A DNA stretch of 60,893 nucleotides. Source: Candidatus Onthovivens sp. (GTDB taxonomy: Bacteria > Bacillota_I > Bacilli_A > RFN20 > CAG-826). Under the pieces are notes generated by a model. It made no database searches and had not been told where the DNA came from. It saw nothing but the letters and a program-made list of their open reading frames with translations. Numbering within the stretch: the first letter of the stretch is position 1; the number at the start of each line of letters is the position of its first letter. Made by a program: the position numbers and the translations under genes. Location of the stretch: assembly GCA_036746835.1 (NCBI GenBank), contig DAIODM010000004.1:1-60893 (forward strand), given 5' to 3'. This document shows positions 48,737 through 58,653 of this stretch, piece after piece.

Positions 48737-49837
48737 ATGGAAAGAAACAAAGGATTAGATTTAACTACTAAAAAAGGAAAGATCCTTTTCAAATTAATGA
48801 ATATTGGAAAAGCTCTTATTCTTCCTGTAGTTATAACTTTAATTTTCCTTGTCACAACAAGCGCACAAGGATTACAACTTTTTAGCGAATACACAGATTA
48901 TCAAATCTTTACTCGTCAAGTGGTTGTTGCATTACTTATTGCTTTCGCATTTGGTATGCACATGTCACAAGGTCGTATGGATTTCTCAATTGGTGCAACA
49001 ATGATTTTAGGAGAAATTATTACAACTCAACTCATGGTTAAAATGGGTTTATTAACTAATACATTCCTCTTCTTCATTCTTATTGTTACGATTACCTGTG
49101 CATTATCGGTTATCGGTGGTCTTGTTTACGTACTTTTCCGTATTCCACCTATGATTAGTGGCTTAGGTATGACCTTACTCTATGAAGGAATTGCTTATAA
49201 CTTAAATGAAAAAGCATCGGGAACTTCACGTTTCGATCTTGTTTCAAATAACTTTGCAGTTACCTTTAATGGAATTGGTGAAATGCTTATTTTAGCTGCG
49301 ATTATCATAATTATTATGATTGGAATCTATCGATATTCTAAATGGAGTTTCGATAGTGCTTTATTACAAAATGGTCAATTACAAGCAGTTCAATGTGGTG
49401 TTAAAGAAGTTCCAAATACTTTAATTGGATACGCTTTAGCTGGTGTTTTAATTGGTATTGCTGGATTCGTTACTGTTGGAAATGCGACTATTTTAACTGC
49501 ATCTGTTGGCTTTGGTTCTACTGCAACTACAATGAGCGCAATGCTCCCAATGTTTATTGGTGGATTTATTTCATCCTTTGTACCTTATCCAGTTGCTATT
49601 TGTCTTGGTGCTATAAGTTCAACTATGCTCTCTTATGGTTTAGGAAAAACCTTCATTATGAAAGATGGTTCAACCTATGCTTCAATTATTAACGCTTTAT
49701 TCTTACTCTTCTTCTTAGCTTATATGTTTAATCAATATAAGATCAAAGAAGTGTTACATATTAGGTCCTTCATTGCTAATAAAAAGCTAAGAAGGCTCTC
49801 AAGAAAGAAATGGAAGGTCTTGAATAATGAATACTGA
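48737..49837 (+). CDS. Sugar ABC transporter permease 2
   Basis: Multi-TM; GRMDFSIGA, RIPPMISGLG, AVQCGV, PMFIGG. Confidence 0.88.
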   Translation: MERNKGLDLTTKKGKILFKLMNIGKALILPVVITLIFLVTTSAQGLQLFSEYTDYQIFTRQVVVALLIAFAFGMHMSQGRMDFSIGATMILGEIITTQLMVKMGLLTNTFLFFILIVTITCALSVIGGLVYVLFRIPPMISGLGMTLLYEGIAYNLNEKASGTSRFDLVSNNFAVTFNGIGEMLILAAIIIIIMIGIYRYSKWSFDSALLQNGQLQAVQCGVKEVPNTLIGYALAGVLIGIAGFVTVGNATILTASVGFGSTATTMSAMLPMFIGGFISSFVPYPVAICLGAISSTMLSYGLGKTFIMKDGSTYASIINALFLLFFLAYMFNQYKIKEVLHIRSFIANKKLRRLSRKKWKVLNNEY

Positions 49838-51557
49838 AAAAATTAAAGAATTAAAAGGGAAACCTTTTTATCTTAAAGATGAAGATATCAAGTGGATTAA
49901 TGATACGCTTAACTCAATGACTTTAGATGAGAAGATTGGTCAATTATTCCATCTTGTTGCATATTCTAGTGAAGAAAAAGTCCTCGAACATATGGTCAAA
50001 GATTTACATATTAATGGCTTAATGGTCAGAGGCGGAATGCCTATTGAAGAAGTTTGCTTTGTTACTAATTATCTTCAAAAGAATAGTAAAATTCCTTGTT
50101 TAATTAGTGCTAACCTTGAAAGTGGTGGCAGTGGTTGTGTTAAGGAAGGTACTCAAGTTGGTAAACAAATGCAAATTGGTGCTACTGATAAAGTTGAAAA
50201 TGCAACTTTATTAGCTCACGTTTGTGGCGAAGAAGCTAATGCAGTTGGCGTAAATTGGGCTTTTGCTCCAGTTAGTGATATTGATCTTAATTGGCGTAAT
50301 CCAATTACCAATACTCGTTTATATTGCAATGATTATAAAAAAGTTGCTGCATATACTACTGCTTATATTAAAGAAGTTCAAAAACTCGGTTTACTTGGTT
50401 GTGGAAAACACTTCCCAGGAGATGGAGTTGATGAAAGAGATCAACATCTTGTCGCTAGTGTAAACAGTTTATCTCGCGAAGATTGGATGAAGATGTATGG
50501 TCATATTTATAAGACACAAATTGAAAATGGTGTTAAGACCATCATGGTTGGACATATTCTTCAACCAGCATGGGAGAAATATTTAACTCCAGGTTTAAAA
50601 GATAAAGATTGTATGCCAGGAACCTTAAGTAAAGGTTTAGTCACTGGTTTACTTCGTGGTGAACTTGGTTTTAAAGGTATGATTACAACCGATGCTACAA
50701 CAATGGCTGGTATGACAACAATGATGCGTAGAGATCTTGCAGTTCCTACTACAATTGCGATTGGTTGCGATTGTTTCTTATTTACTAAGAACCTTGATGA
50801 AGATTATAAGTTCATGATGGAAGGTTATAAAAAAGGAATTATTACTCCAGAAAGACTTGATGATGCAGTTACGAATGTTTTAGCCGCTAAAGCCTCAATT
50901 GGTTTACATAAAGCAAAAGCTAATGGATCAATTATTAAAGATCCAGTTGCTGCTAGTAAAGTTGTTGGTTGTAAAGAATTCCAAGATGATGCAAAGATGA
51001 TTGCTGATAATTGCATCACTATTATTAAGGAAGAGAAGGGTGTTTTACCTCTTTCACCAAAGAAATACAAGAAAGTATTACTTTATGGACTTGAAGTTGA
51101 AGCACCAAATGTCTTTGGTTTCACAAATGATAGTATTATTAATGATTTCCAAAAGAAGCTTGAAAAAGAAGGATTTGAAGTTACAAGATTCTCTCCTCAA
51201 AAAGCTCTTAAAGAAGGTATGTTACAAGGCGTAGAAGATATGAAGAAGAATTATGATTTACTTCTTTATTGTGCTAACCTTGCAACTAAATCAAATCAAA
51301 CATCTATTAGAATTGAATGGCATATTCCATTTGGAACAGATGTTCCAGCTTATGTAAAAGAAGTTCCAACTGTCTTCGTAAGTTTAGAGAATCCATATCA
51401 CTTGATTGATGTTCCTCGTGTTGAAACATTTATTAATACATATGGCGGCAGCCAATACGTTCTTGATGCTTTAATTGAAAAGTTAATGGGAAGAAGTAAG
51501 TTTACTGGTAAAGACCCAGTTGATTCATTCTGCGGCATGTGGGATACTCACTTATAA
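49827..51557 (+). CDS. GH3 glycosidase of the His acid/base (NagZ-like) group; predicted beta-glycoside phosphorylase
   Basis: ANLESG, WAFAPVSDI, NPITNTR, KHFPGDGVDERDQH (50406-50447), IMVGHI, nucleophile TTDATTM. Confidence 0.85.
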   Translation: MNTEKIKELKGKPFYLKDEDIKWINDTLNSMTLDEKIGQLFHLVAYSSEEKVLEHMVKDLHINGLMVRGGMPIEEVCFVTNYLQKNSKIPCLISANLESGGSGCVKEGTQVGKQMQIGATDKVENATLLAHVCGEEANAVGVNWAFAPVSDIDLNWRNPITNTRLYCNDYKKVAAYTTAYIKEVQKLGLLGCGKHFPGDGVDERDQHLVASVNSLSREDWMKMYGHIYKTQIENGVKTIMVGHILQPAWEKYLTPGLKDKDCMPGTLSKGLVTGLLRGELGFKGMITTDATTMAGMTTMMRRDLAVPTTIAIGCDCFLFTKNLDEDYKFMMEGYKKGIITPERLDDAVTNVLAAKASIGLHKAKANGSIIKDPVAASKVVGCKEFQDDAKMIADNCITIIKEEKGVLPLSPKKYKKVLLYGLEVEAPNVFGFTNDSIINDFQKKLEKEGFEVTRFSPQKALKEGMLQGVEDMKKNYDLLLYCANLATKSNQTSIRIEWHIPFGTDVPAYVKEVPTVFVSLENPYHLIDVPRVETFINTYGGSQYVLDALIEKLMGRSKFTGKDPVDSFCGMWDTHL

Positions 51558-51558
51558 T

Positions 51559-52197
51559 ATGAAATATAGTGGAGTAATTTTTGATTTAGATGGTGTTATT
51601 TGTTTTACTGATGAATATCACTATCTATCTTGGAAAGCTATTGCAGATAAAGAAGGAATTTACTTTGATCGAACAATAAATAATCGTCTTAGAGGTGTTA
51701 GTCGAATGGCTTCTCTTGATATTATTTTAGAGAAAGCAAATAAGACATATAGTGAACAAGAAAAAGTTGCTCTTGCAACTGAAAAGAATGAGATATATAA
51801 GGGTTATTTAGTTAAAATGACTCCGAAAGATGTCTCTAGCGATGTTTTAAAAACACTAAAAACTTTACGTGCAAAAGGTATTAAAATTGCAATTGGTTCA
51901 TCAAGCAAAAACACTAAATTAATTTTAAAACAAATCGGTTTACTTGATGCGTTTGATGAGATTGCTGATGGTAATGATATTACACACAGCAAACCAGACC
52001 CTGAAGTATTCCTTTGTGCAGCAAAGAAAATCAAAGAAGATCCAAAAGATTGTATTGTTGTTGAAGATGCTTATGCTGGAATTGATGCAGCAAATGCTGG
52101 ACATTTTACTAGCGTAGCAATTGGTGATGCAGCTAACTATGACAAAGCCAATTATAAGATAAAGAAGTTAAGCGATATTTTAAAAATTATTAAATAA
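51559..52197 (+). CDS. pgmB: Beta-phosphoglucomutase (HAD family)
   Basis: IFDLDGVICFTDEYHYLSWK, RLRGVSRMASL, GSSSKN, SKPDPEVF, VEDAYAG. Start at ATG 51559, 1 nt after the GH3 stop. Confidence 0.92.
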   Translation: MKYSGVIFDLDGVICFTDEYHYLSWKAIADKEGIYFDRTINNRLRGVSRMASLDIILEKANKTYSEQEKVALATEKNEIYKGYLVKMTPKDVSSDVLKTLKTLRAKGIKIAIGSSSKNTKLILKQIGLLDAFDEIADGNDITHSKPDPEVFLCAAKKIKEDPKDCIVVEDAYAGIDAANAGHFTSVAIGDAANYDKANYKIKKLSDILKIIK

Positions 52198-52205
52198 GGA
52201 GCATT

Positions 52206-52991
52206 ATGGCACACATTGAAATTAATTTTATAAGCGCTACTTTTACTCGAGCTGTTGATGTATTACTTATTTTACCAAGCCGAACAACTATGGAAGGCAT
52301 GATGGATAAAGGTCAAACTTTAAAAAATCACTATCAAAGTGTTAAAGATAAGAAATTCCCTTTACTCATTCTTCTTCATGGTATGGCTAACAACTTTAAA
52401 ACTTGGGCAAATTATGCTCGTGTTGAATTATATGCTGAAGAGCATAACATTGCGATTGCAATGGTAAGTGGTGAAAATAAGTTTTATTTAAATAATAAAG
52501 CTGACAAATGGTATGACTTTATTGAATATGAACTTAAAGATTATTTATATGGCACATTCCCAATTTCTAGCGATCCAAAAAATAACTATATTGCTGGATT
52601 AAGTATGGGTGGATTTGGTGCTTTATATCATGGTATCAGTAATCCAAAAGCTTATGCTGCAATTGGTTCATTTAGTGGTGCTATTCATATTGATGGAAAA
52701 GGATTTGAAAATATGGGTGTTGAACCTGAATTTACTCCAATTCCTGAAATGGCTTTAAAGAACAAGAAAGATTTACCTCCACTTTATGTTGCTTGTGGAA
52801 GCGATGATTTCTTATATCAAGCTAATGTCGATTTTGCAAAATTTTTAGATGATAATAAGATTAAAAATTATCATGAATTTGTTCCAGGATTTACTCATGA
52901 ATGGAGATTCTGGGATCTTGAACTTGAAAAATTCTTAGACTGGATTCCTCGTAGTGATGATTATAAAGAAGTCAGCAAGAGAAAAGTTTAA
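52206..52991 (+). CDS. Alpha/beta-hydrolase esterase (tributyrin esterase/CE1-like)
   Basis: LLHG, GLSMGG nucleophile elbow, CGSDD, HEWRFW. Confidence 0.88.
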   Translation: MAHIEINFISATFTRAVDVLLILPSRTTMEGMMDKGQTLKNHYQSVKDKKFPLLILLHGMANNFKTWANYARVELYAEEHNIAIAMVSGENKFYLNNKADKWYDFIEYELKDYLYGTFPISSDPKNNYIAGLSMGGFGALYHGISNPKAYAAIGSFSGAIHIDGKGFENMGVEPEFTPIPEMALKNKKDLPPLYVACGSDDFLYQANVDFAKFLDDNKIKNYHEFVPGFTHEWRFWDLELEKFLDWIPRSDDYKEVSKRKV

Positions 52992-53006
52992 ACAATAATA
53001 TAAATA

Positions 53007-53033
53007 TAGGCCCTTTTCTTGTGAAAGGGCCTA
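53007..53033 (+). other. Intra-operon stem-loop
   Basis: TAGGCCCTTTT-CTTGT-GAAAGGGCCTA, no U tract. Confidence 0.65.
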
Positions 53034-53055
53034 ATTAATATTCGGAGGATTATAT

Positions 53056-55302
53056 ATGGATAAATTAGCAAAAACAATAAATTCAATGTCAATCGAAGAC
53101 AAATTAAAAACTGTACACGGTTCTAGTTTTTGGTTATTTAATAGTTATAGCAAAGATGTAAATCCTGTTAGTTGTACGGATGGACCAAACGGAATTAGAA
53201 AACAAAAAAGAGATGGGGATAATCTATTAATTTCTCAAAATTATGTTGAATGTACAACTTTTCCAACTGGTTCAACTTTTGCGTGTTCGTTTGATAAAGA
53301 GTTAGTTAATAAAATGGCTAAAGCATTAGCAATGGAATTCCAATTCTATAATGTTAATGTTTTATTAGGTCCTGCTGCTTGTATTAAAAGAAATCCATTA
53401 TGTGGTCGTAATTTCGAATATTTAAGTGAAGATCCTATTCTAAGCGGATATATAGCTGGAAATTATATTAAAGGAGCTGAATCTACTGGAACGGGGACTA
53501 GTTTAAAGCATTATGTAGCCAATAACCAAGAATTTGGTAGACAAATTAATTCCTCAACAATGTCTATTAAATGTTTAAGAGATATTTATACTAGAGGTTT
53601 TGAGATTGCTGCTCGAATTGGTAAACCTGCAACTATCATGGTTTCTTATAATAAGATTAATGGTGTTTATGCTTGTGAAAATAGTTACATTATGCAACAA
53701 GTAATGAGAAAAGAAGTGGGATATGAAGGGTTTTTCATTAGCGATTGGACTGGCGTTAGTAATCCTCTTGCTTCAATTAAAGCAGGTTTAAATGTTGAAA
53801 TGCCTGAAAGAAATTATGGTCCTAATTTCTATGAATTAGCTTATAAAGAAGGAAAAATTAAGGAAGATGATTTAAATGAACTTCTTCGTTATTACATTCC
53901 TTTTATTGATAAATATAGTAAAACTTATAATATTAAATCTATTGATTTTGAAGAGAATTTAAAATTAGCAGTTGAGGTTGCTGAAAACTCAATTGTTCTT
54001 GCAAAAAATGAAGAAAATTTCTTCCCACTATCTAAAGAAGAATCTCTCATTGTTTTAGGCAATCGTGCTAAACATATGGCTTATTTAGGTGGCGGAAGTA
54101 GTATGACAAACTCTCATCATAAACCTGACTTCATAAAAGTTTTGACTGACAATAATGTCAATTATAAATTTTTCGATTGTTATGATAAAAAAGGAAATTT
54201 AGATTTAAATTGTCTTAAGGAAATTAATAATGAAAAGGTTCTTGTTTTCTTAGGAACTGGTGATTTCGAAGAGAGCGAAGGCTTCGACCGAAAAGATATG
54301 AAATTACCTCCATACGAATTGAAATTAATGGAAGAATTAGCAAAAATAACGAAGAATGTAGGTGTTATTGTCGAATCTGGTTCAGTTGTTGAGCTTCCAT
54401 TCTTAGATAATATTAAAGGTTTATTTATTCCATATTTCGCTGGAGAAGGTGAAGATTATGCTTTATATAATTTAATTTATGGAAAGACTAATCCAAGCGG
54501 TAAACTTGCTGAAACCTGGATTAAAAAATATGAAGATTGTCCAAGTTCGTCATCTTATGATAAAGATGTTTATAACTCATATTATGATGAAGATATTTAT
54601 GTAGGATATCGATATTATGATAAGCATAATATCAAAGTTAATTTTCCATTCGGTCATGGTCTATCTTATACTAAATTTAAATTAAATTTATTAAGAACAG
54701 CCGTTAGTAAAGCCCATATTAAATGTGAAATCGAAGTTACTAATTTAGGTGATACTAAAGGTAAAGAAGTAATTGAAATTTATCTTGGAAAGAAAGATTC
54801 AAAAATCTATAGAGCTCCTCGTGAATTAGTAGGATTTAGTAAAGTTGAGGTTTTTCCTCATAGTAAAAAGAGAGTTATTGTGACAATTGATAACCTTGAT
54901 TTAAGGGTTTATGATCCTTCAACTAACAAATTAACCTTAGAAAATGGAAATTATGAATTATATTTAGGTGATTCTTCTCGATGTGATTTTATTGAAGAGA
55001 AAATAACTTTAGTCGGAGAGAATATTAAACCTTATGAACTTGTTGGACCTGATCATTCTTTGGTTTTTAAAGAAACAAAGGACATGAACATATTAGCATC
55101 AACCGTTTCAGAAACGCCTACATTTAAAGCGATACTTAAAAATGCTGGATTTACTGAAGATGTTCTACATCATAGTTTCTTCAAAGATGGTTTTTTCAAA
55201 AATCTAATTCGTGGTCTATCTGGATTAGGTTCGATTGATTATTGTGATGTTGAAAGACTACTTCCTCAGATGCTTAAGGAACTTGAAAATAGTAAAAAAT
55301 AA
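53056..55302 (+). CDS. GH3 beta-glucosidase (BglX-like, with FnIII domain)
   Basis: TDGPNGIR, PLCGRNFEYLSEDP, KHYVANNQE, nucleophile SDW, ESEGFDR, NPSGKL, VGYRYYD, FPFGHGLSYT. Confidence 0.92.
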   Translation: MDKLAKTINSMSIEDKLKTVHGSSFWLFNSYSKDVNPVSCTDGPNGIRKQKRDGDNLLISQNYVECTTFPTGSTFACSFDKELVNKMAKALAMEFQFYNVNVLLGPAACIKRNPLCGRNFEYLSEDPILSGYIAGNYIKGAESTGTGTSLKHYVANNQEFGRQINSSTMSIKCLRDIYTRGFEIAARIGKPATIMVSYNKINGVYACENSYIMQQVMRKEVGYEGFFISDWTGVSNPLASIKAGLNVEMPERNYGPNFYELAYKEGKIKEDDLNELLRYYIPFIDKYSKTYNIKSIDFEENLKLAVEVAENSIVLAKNEENFFPLSKEESLIVLGNRAKHMAYLGGGSSMTNSHHKPDFIKVLTDNNVNYKFFDCYDKKGNLDLNCLKEINNEKVLVFLGTGDFEESEGFDRKDMKLPPYELKLMEELAKITKNVGVIVESGSVVELPFLDNIKGLFIPYFAGEGEDYALYNLIYGKTNPSGKLAETWIKKYEDCPSSSSYDKDVYNSYYDEDIYVGYRYYDKHNIKVNFPFGHGLSYTKFKLNLLRTAVSKAHIKCEIEVTNLGDTKGKEVIEIYLGKKDSKIYRAPRELVGFSKVEVFPHSKKRVIVTIDNLDLRVYDPSTNKLTLENGNYELYLGDSSRCDFIEEKITLVGENIKPYELVGPDHSLVFKETKDMNILASTVSETPTFKAILKNAGFTEDVLHHSFFKDGFFKNLIRGLSGLGSIDYCDVERLLPQMLKELENSKK

Positions 55303-55319
55303 AAAAGAAGGGGATATAT

Positions 55320-56819
55320 ATGGATAATTTAATTGTTAAGACAAATTGTGGAGATGTTAAAGGCTATAAAGTTAAAGATGTTTTTAGATTTGAAGGTATT
55401 CCATTTGCTGAAAAACCTGTTCGTTTTAAAAGATCAGTTGAACTTAAAAAGTTTGATAAATTAATTGATGCAAAAGAACCTGCTGGTAGCTGCTATCAAT
55501 TTGGTCCTAATTTTGATGGAGATACGACTCCCAATGAATCAGAAGATTGTTTATATTTAAACGTTTTTACCAAAGAAACAAAAACTAAAAAACCAGTTTT
55601 CGTTTGGATTCATGGTGGTGGTTTTTTAACTGGATGTAGTTATTATCCAATGTATGATGGAACTAGTTTTGCAAAAAACGATGAAGTATATGTAAGTATT
55701 AATTATCGTTTAGGTGTTTTTGGATTTTATGATTTCCATCTTTTAAGCAAAGATTTTGATGAAAACATTGGTATTTATGATCAAATTGTTGCTTTAAATT
55801 GGATTAAACATAATATTGAAGCATTTGGTGGAGATCCTAATAATATTACAATTTGTGGTGAATCAGCTGGTGGAATTAGTGTTTTAACTTTACTTGCTTC
55901 ACCAACTACAAAAGGTTTATATAATAAAGCAATTGTTGAATCAAGTTTACCATATTGTATTTTTGGTAAAGAACAAGCGAAGATTTATGTTGATGCTTTC
56001 TTAAAAGTAAGTGGTATCGATGAAAAACATTTAAATAAATTAAATGAATTATATCCTAAAAAGATTATTGAATTAAATGGTCTAGCGATGGCTCTTGTAA
56101 ATAAAGATCATCCAGGATTTAATATTGCTTCTCCAGTTTGTGGAACCGATATTCTCCCTTACGATATTATTGAAGCGAATAAAAGAAGAATTAATGATAA
56201 TGTAAAACTTATTATTGGTACCAATAGAGATGAAGGTACTTTATTCTGCCAAAATAACGAACACAGTATGTTCCCATATGGATGGGATAAAGTTGGTACT
56301 ATGCTTACTTTAACAAAACACGATGATATTCTTCCTTCATTAAAAGAATACTATGATAAAACTTGGAAAGATTATGAATTCCATCAACTTGCTTACGATA
56401 CTTTATTTATTAGAGGAGCTTTAAACGTTGCAGAAACTCGAAGTGTTTATAGTGATGTCTATGTTTTTAGATTTGATTACGCTCTTCCAATAACAAAGAA
56501 ACTTGGCTTTAAAGCATGTCATGCTCTTGAGATGTCTTTCGTTTTAGGAACAACTGATTCAATGGCTGATCATCATCCATTCTTTAGACCAGGATATGAT
56601 AAAGTTGAAGTCAAAGAAGTTGAAAAACAAATGAATGATGCTTGGATTAACTTTGCTAAAAATGGTGATCCAAAAGGTGATAGTTTAATTGTTCCATGGC
56701 CTAAATATAATTACGAAACTAAACTTGCTCATGCTTTTAATGTTGAGCCATCGATTATTAGTTATAAAGATTATGAGCCAGTTAAGCTTCTTGACGATAT
56801 TAGAATTTGGACGCACTAA
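55320..56819 (+). CDS. Type-B carboxylesterase/lipase (p-nitrobenzyl esterase-like)
   Basis: GIPFA, SEDCLYLNV, VWIHGGGF, GESAGG (Ser), GTNRDEG (Glu), CHALE (His). Confidence 0.92.
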   Translation: MDNLIVKTNCGDVKGYKVKDVFRFEGIPFAEKPVRFKRSVELKKFDKLIDAKEPAGSCYQFGPNFDGDTTPNESEDCLYLNVFTKETKTKKPVFVWIHGGGFLTGCSYYPMYDGTSFAKNDEVYVSINYRLGVFGFYDFHLLSKDFDENIGIYDQIVALNWIKHNIEAFGGDPNNITICGESAGGISVLTLLASPTTKGLYNKAIVESSLPYCIFGKEQAKIYVDAFLKVSGIDEKHLNKLNELYPKKIIELNGLAMALVNKDHPGFNIASPVCGTDILPYDIIEANKRRINDNVKLIIGTNRDEGTLFCQNNEHSMFPYGWDKVGTMLTLTKHDDILPSLKEYYDKTWKDYEFHQLAYDTLFIRGALNVAETRSVYSDVYVFRFDYALPITKKLGFKACHALEMSFVLGTTDSMADHHPFFRPGYDKVEVKEVEKQMNDAWINFAKNGDPKGDSLIVPWPKYNYETKLAHAFNVEPSIISYKDYEPVKLLDDIRIWTH

Positions 56820-56832
56820 TATTAATAAAATG

Positions 56833-56861
56833 TATAGAGATTATTATTTTTAATCTCTATA
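56833..56861 (+). other. Intergenic stem-loop before the exporter genes
   Basis: TATAGAGATTA-n7-TAATCTCTATA. Confidence 0.55.
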
Positions 56862-56886
56862 ATTTAAGACGTTTAGAGGGTTTATT

Positions 56887-58641
56887 ATGATCTGGAAATT
56901 ACTAAAGAGTTTAAGGGAATATAAAGTTCCTTCGCTCCTATCTATCTTATTTATTGTTTTAGAGGTTGCTTGTGATATAGCTCTTCCATTTATTATCCAA
57001 TTTTTAATTGATAATTTAACAACTGGAGATTATGGGAAGTTATATTTATTCGGTGGTCTTCTTGTAGCGATATCATTAATATCGCTTCTTTTTGGTTTCT
57101 TTGCGGCTAAATTTGCAAGTAAAGCTTCGACAGGTTTTGCTAAAAACTTACGAAAAGATCTTTTCTATAAAGTACAAGATTTTAGTTTTAGTAATATTGA
57201 TAAGTTTTCTAGTTCAAGTTTAGTAACTCGTATGACAACCGATATTCAATGGGTTCAAATGGCCTATGGAATGATTATTCGTGGTGCCTTTAGAGCTCCT
57301 TTAATGTTTGTTTTTTCAATTGTCGCAGCATTCTTTATTAATGCTCAACTAGCTTGGATATTTGTTATTATGACTCCTATTATTGGTGGAATTTTAGTTT
57401 TGCTTGCAAAATTAGCCCATCCTATTTTTGATAAAGTTTTCACTAAATATGATGCTTTAAACGCAAGCGTTGAAGAAAATATTCGTGGTATTCGAACCGT
57501 AAAAACTTATGTACGTGAAGATTATGAAAAGAAAAAGTTTGGTAATGCGAGTGATGAAATTACTAAAAACTTTATTAAAGCAAACAAGATTCTTGCTTGG
57601 CAAAACCCAACAATGAACGTTGCAATGCACGTATCAATTACTTTAATTAGTGTTTTAGGCGCTTACCTTGTAACTTCAACTTATAAAAGTTATGATCCAC
57701 AAAACGGAATTGTTTATGGAGCACTAAGTACTGGTCAAATTTCTAGTTTAATTACTTATGGAGTTCAATCTTTCGTTTCTTTAATGTTTTTAACAATGAT
57801 TGGCGTAATGGTTGTTATTTCAATCACTTCTATGCGACGTATTGTTGAAGTATTAGACGAAGTCCCTGATATTAAAGATAAAGAAAATGCTTTGACTACT
57901 ATAAAAGATGGAAGTATTAGTTTTAATGATGTTAATTTTAAATACAAACAAGATGCTGAAAAGTATGCTTTAAAAAATATTAATTTGAGTATTAAAAGTG
58001 GTGACTTTATTGGAATTTTAGGTGCTACTGGTTCTAGTAAAACTACGCTTGTTAGTTTAATTTCACGTTTATACGATACGACTACAGGTGAGGTTAAAGT
58101 AGGCGGCATCAATGTTAAAGATTACAATTTAAAAACTTTAAGAGATAATGTTTCAGTTGTTCTTCAAAAGAATTTGCTTTTTAGTGGAACAATTAAAGAA
58201 AATTTACGTTGGGGAAACCCAAGTGCTACTGATGAAGAAATAATTCACGCTTGTAAATTAGCTCAAGCTGATGAATTTATTCGTTCGTTTCCTGATGGAT
58301 ATGATACCCATATTGAACAAAATGGTAATAACGTAAGCGGTGGTCAAAAACAACGTTTGTGTATTGCTCGTGCACTTTTAAAGAATCCTAAAATTTTAAT
58401 TCTTGATGATTCTACCAGTGCAGTTGATACAAAAACTGATGCCTTAATTCGTAAATCTTTTAAAGAAGAAATCCCACATTGTACACGAATTGTTATTGCT
58501 CAACGTGTAGCTTCTCTTCAAGATGCTGACCAGATTTTTATTATGGATAATGGAACTATTGTCGCTCGTGGAACTCATGATGAATTATTAAAGACTAGTG
58601 ATATTTATCGCGAAACATACGAGATGCAAAATAGGGATTAG
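56887..58641 (+). CDS. Heterodimeric ABC exporter subunit, degenerate-site type (TM287-like)
   Basis: TMD plus NBD with GATGSSKTT, SGGQKQR, ILDDSTSAVD (Asp for the catalytic Glu) and IAQR (Gln switch). Confidence 0.92.
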   Translation: MIWKLLKSLREYKVPSLLSILFIVLEVACDIALPFIIQFLIDNLTTGDYGKLYLFGGLLVAISLISLLFGFFAAKFASKASTGFAKNLRKDLFYKVQDFSFSNIDKFSSSSLVTRMTTDIQWVQMAYGMIIRGAFRAPLMFVFSIVAAFFINAQLAWIFVIMTPIIGGILVLLAKLAHPIFDKVFTKYDALNASVEENIRGIRTVKTYVREDYEKKKFGNASDEITKNFIKANKILAWQNPTMNVAMHVSITLISVLGAYLVTSTYKSYDPQNGIVYGALSTGQISSLITYGVQSFVSLMFLTMIGVMVVISITSMRRIVEVLDEVPDIKDKENALTTIKDGSISFNDVNFKYKQDAEKYALKNINLSIKSGDFIGILGATGSSKTTLVSLISRLYDTTTGEVKVGGINVKDYNLKTLRDNVSVVLQKNLLFSGTIKENLRWGNPSATDEEIIHACKLAQADEFIRSFPDGYDTHIEQNGNNVSGGQKQRLCIARALLKNPKILILDDSTSAVDTKTDALIRKSFKEEIPHCTRIVIAQRVASLQDADQIFIMDNGTIVARGTHDELLKTSDIYRETYEMQNRD

Positions 58642-58653
58642 GAGGATCACGAT

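Noticed and set aside
8635-51558. Longer N-termini given by the ORF track for rpmE, pmbA, degV, mscL, gyrA, gyrB, dnaA and pgmB
   Set aside because: Downstream ATGs have clear SDs or stop-start coupling and match family starts.
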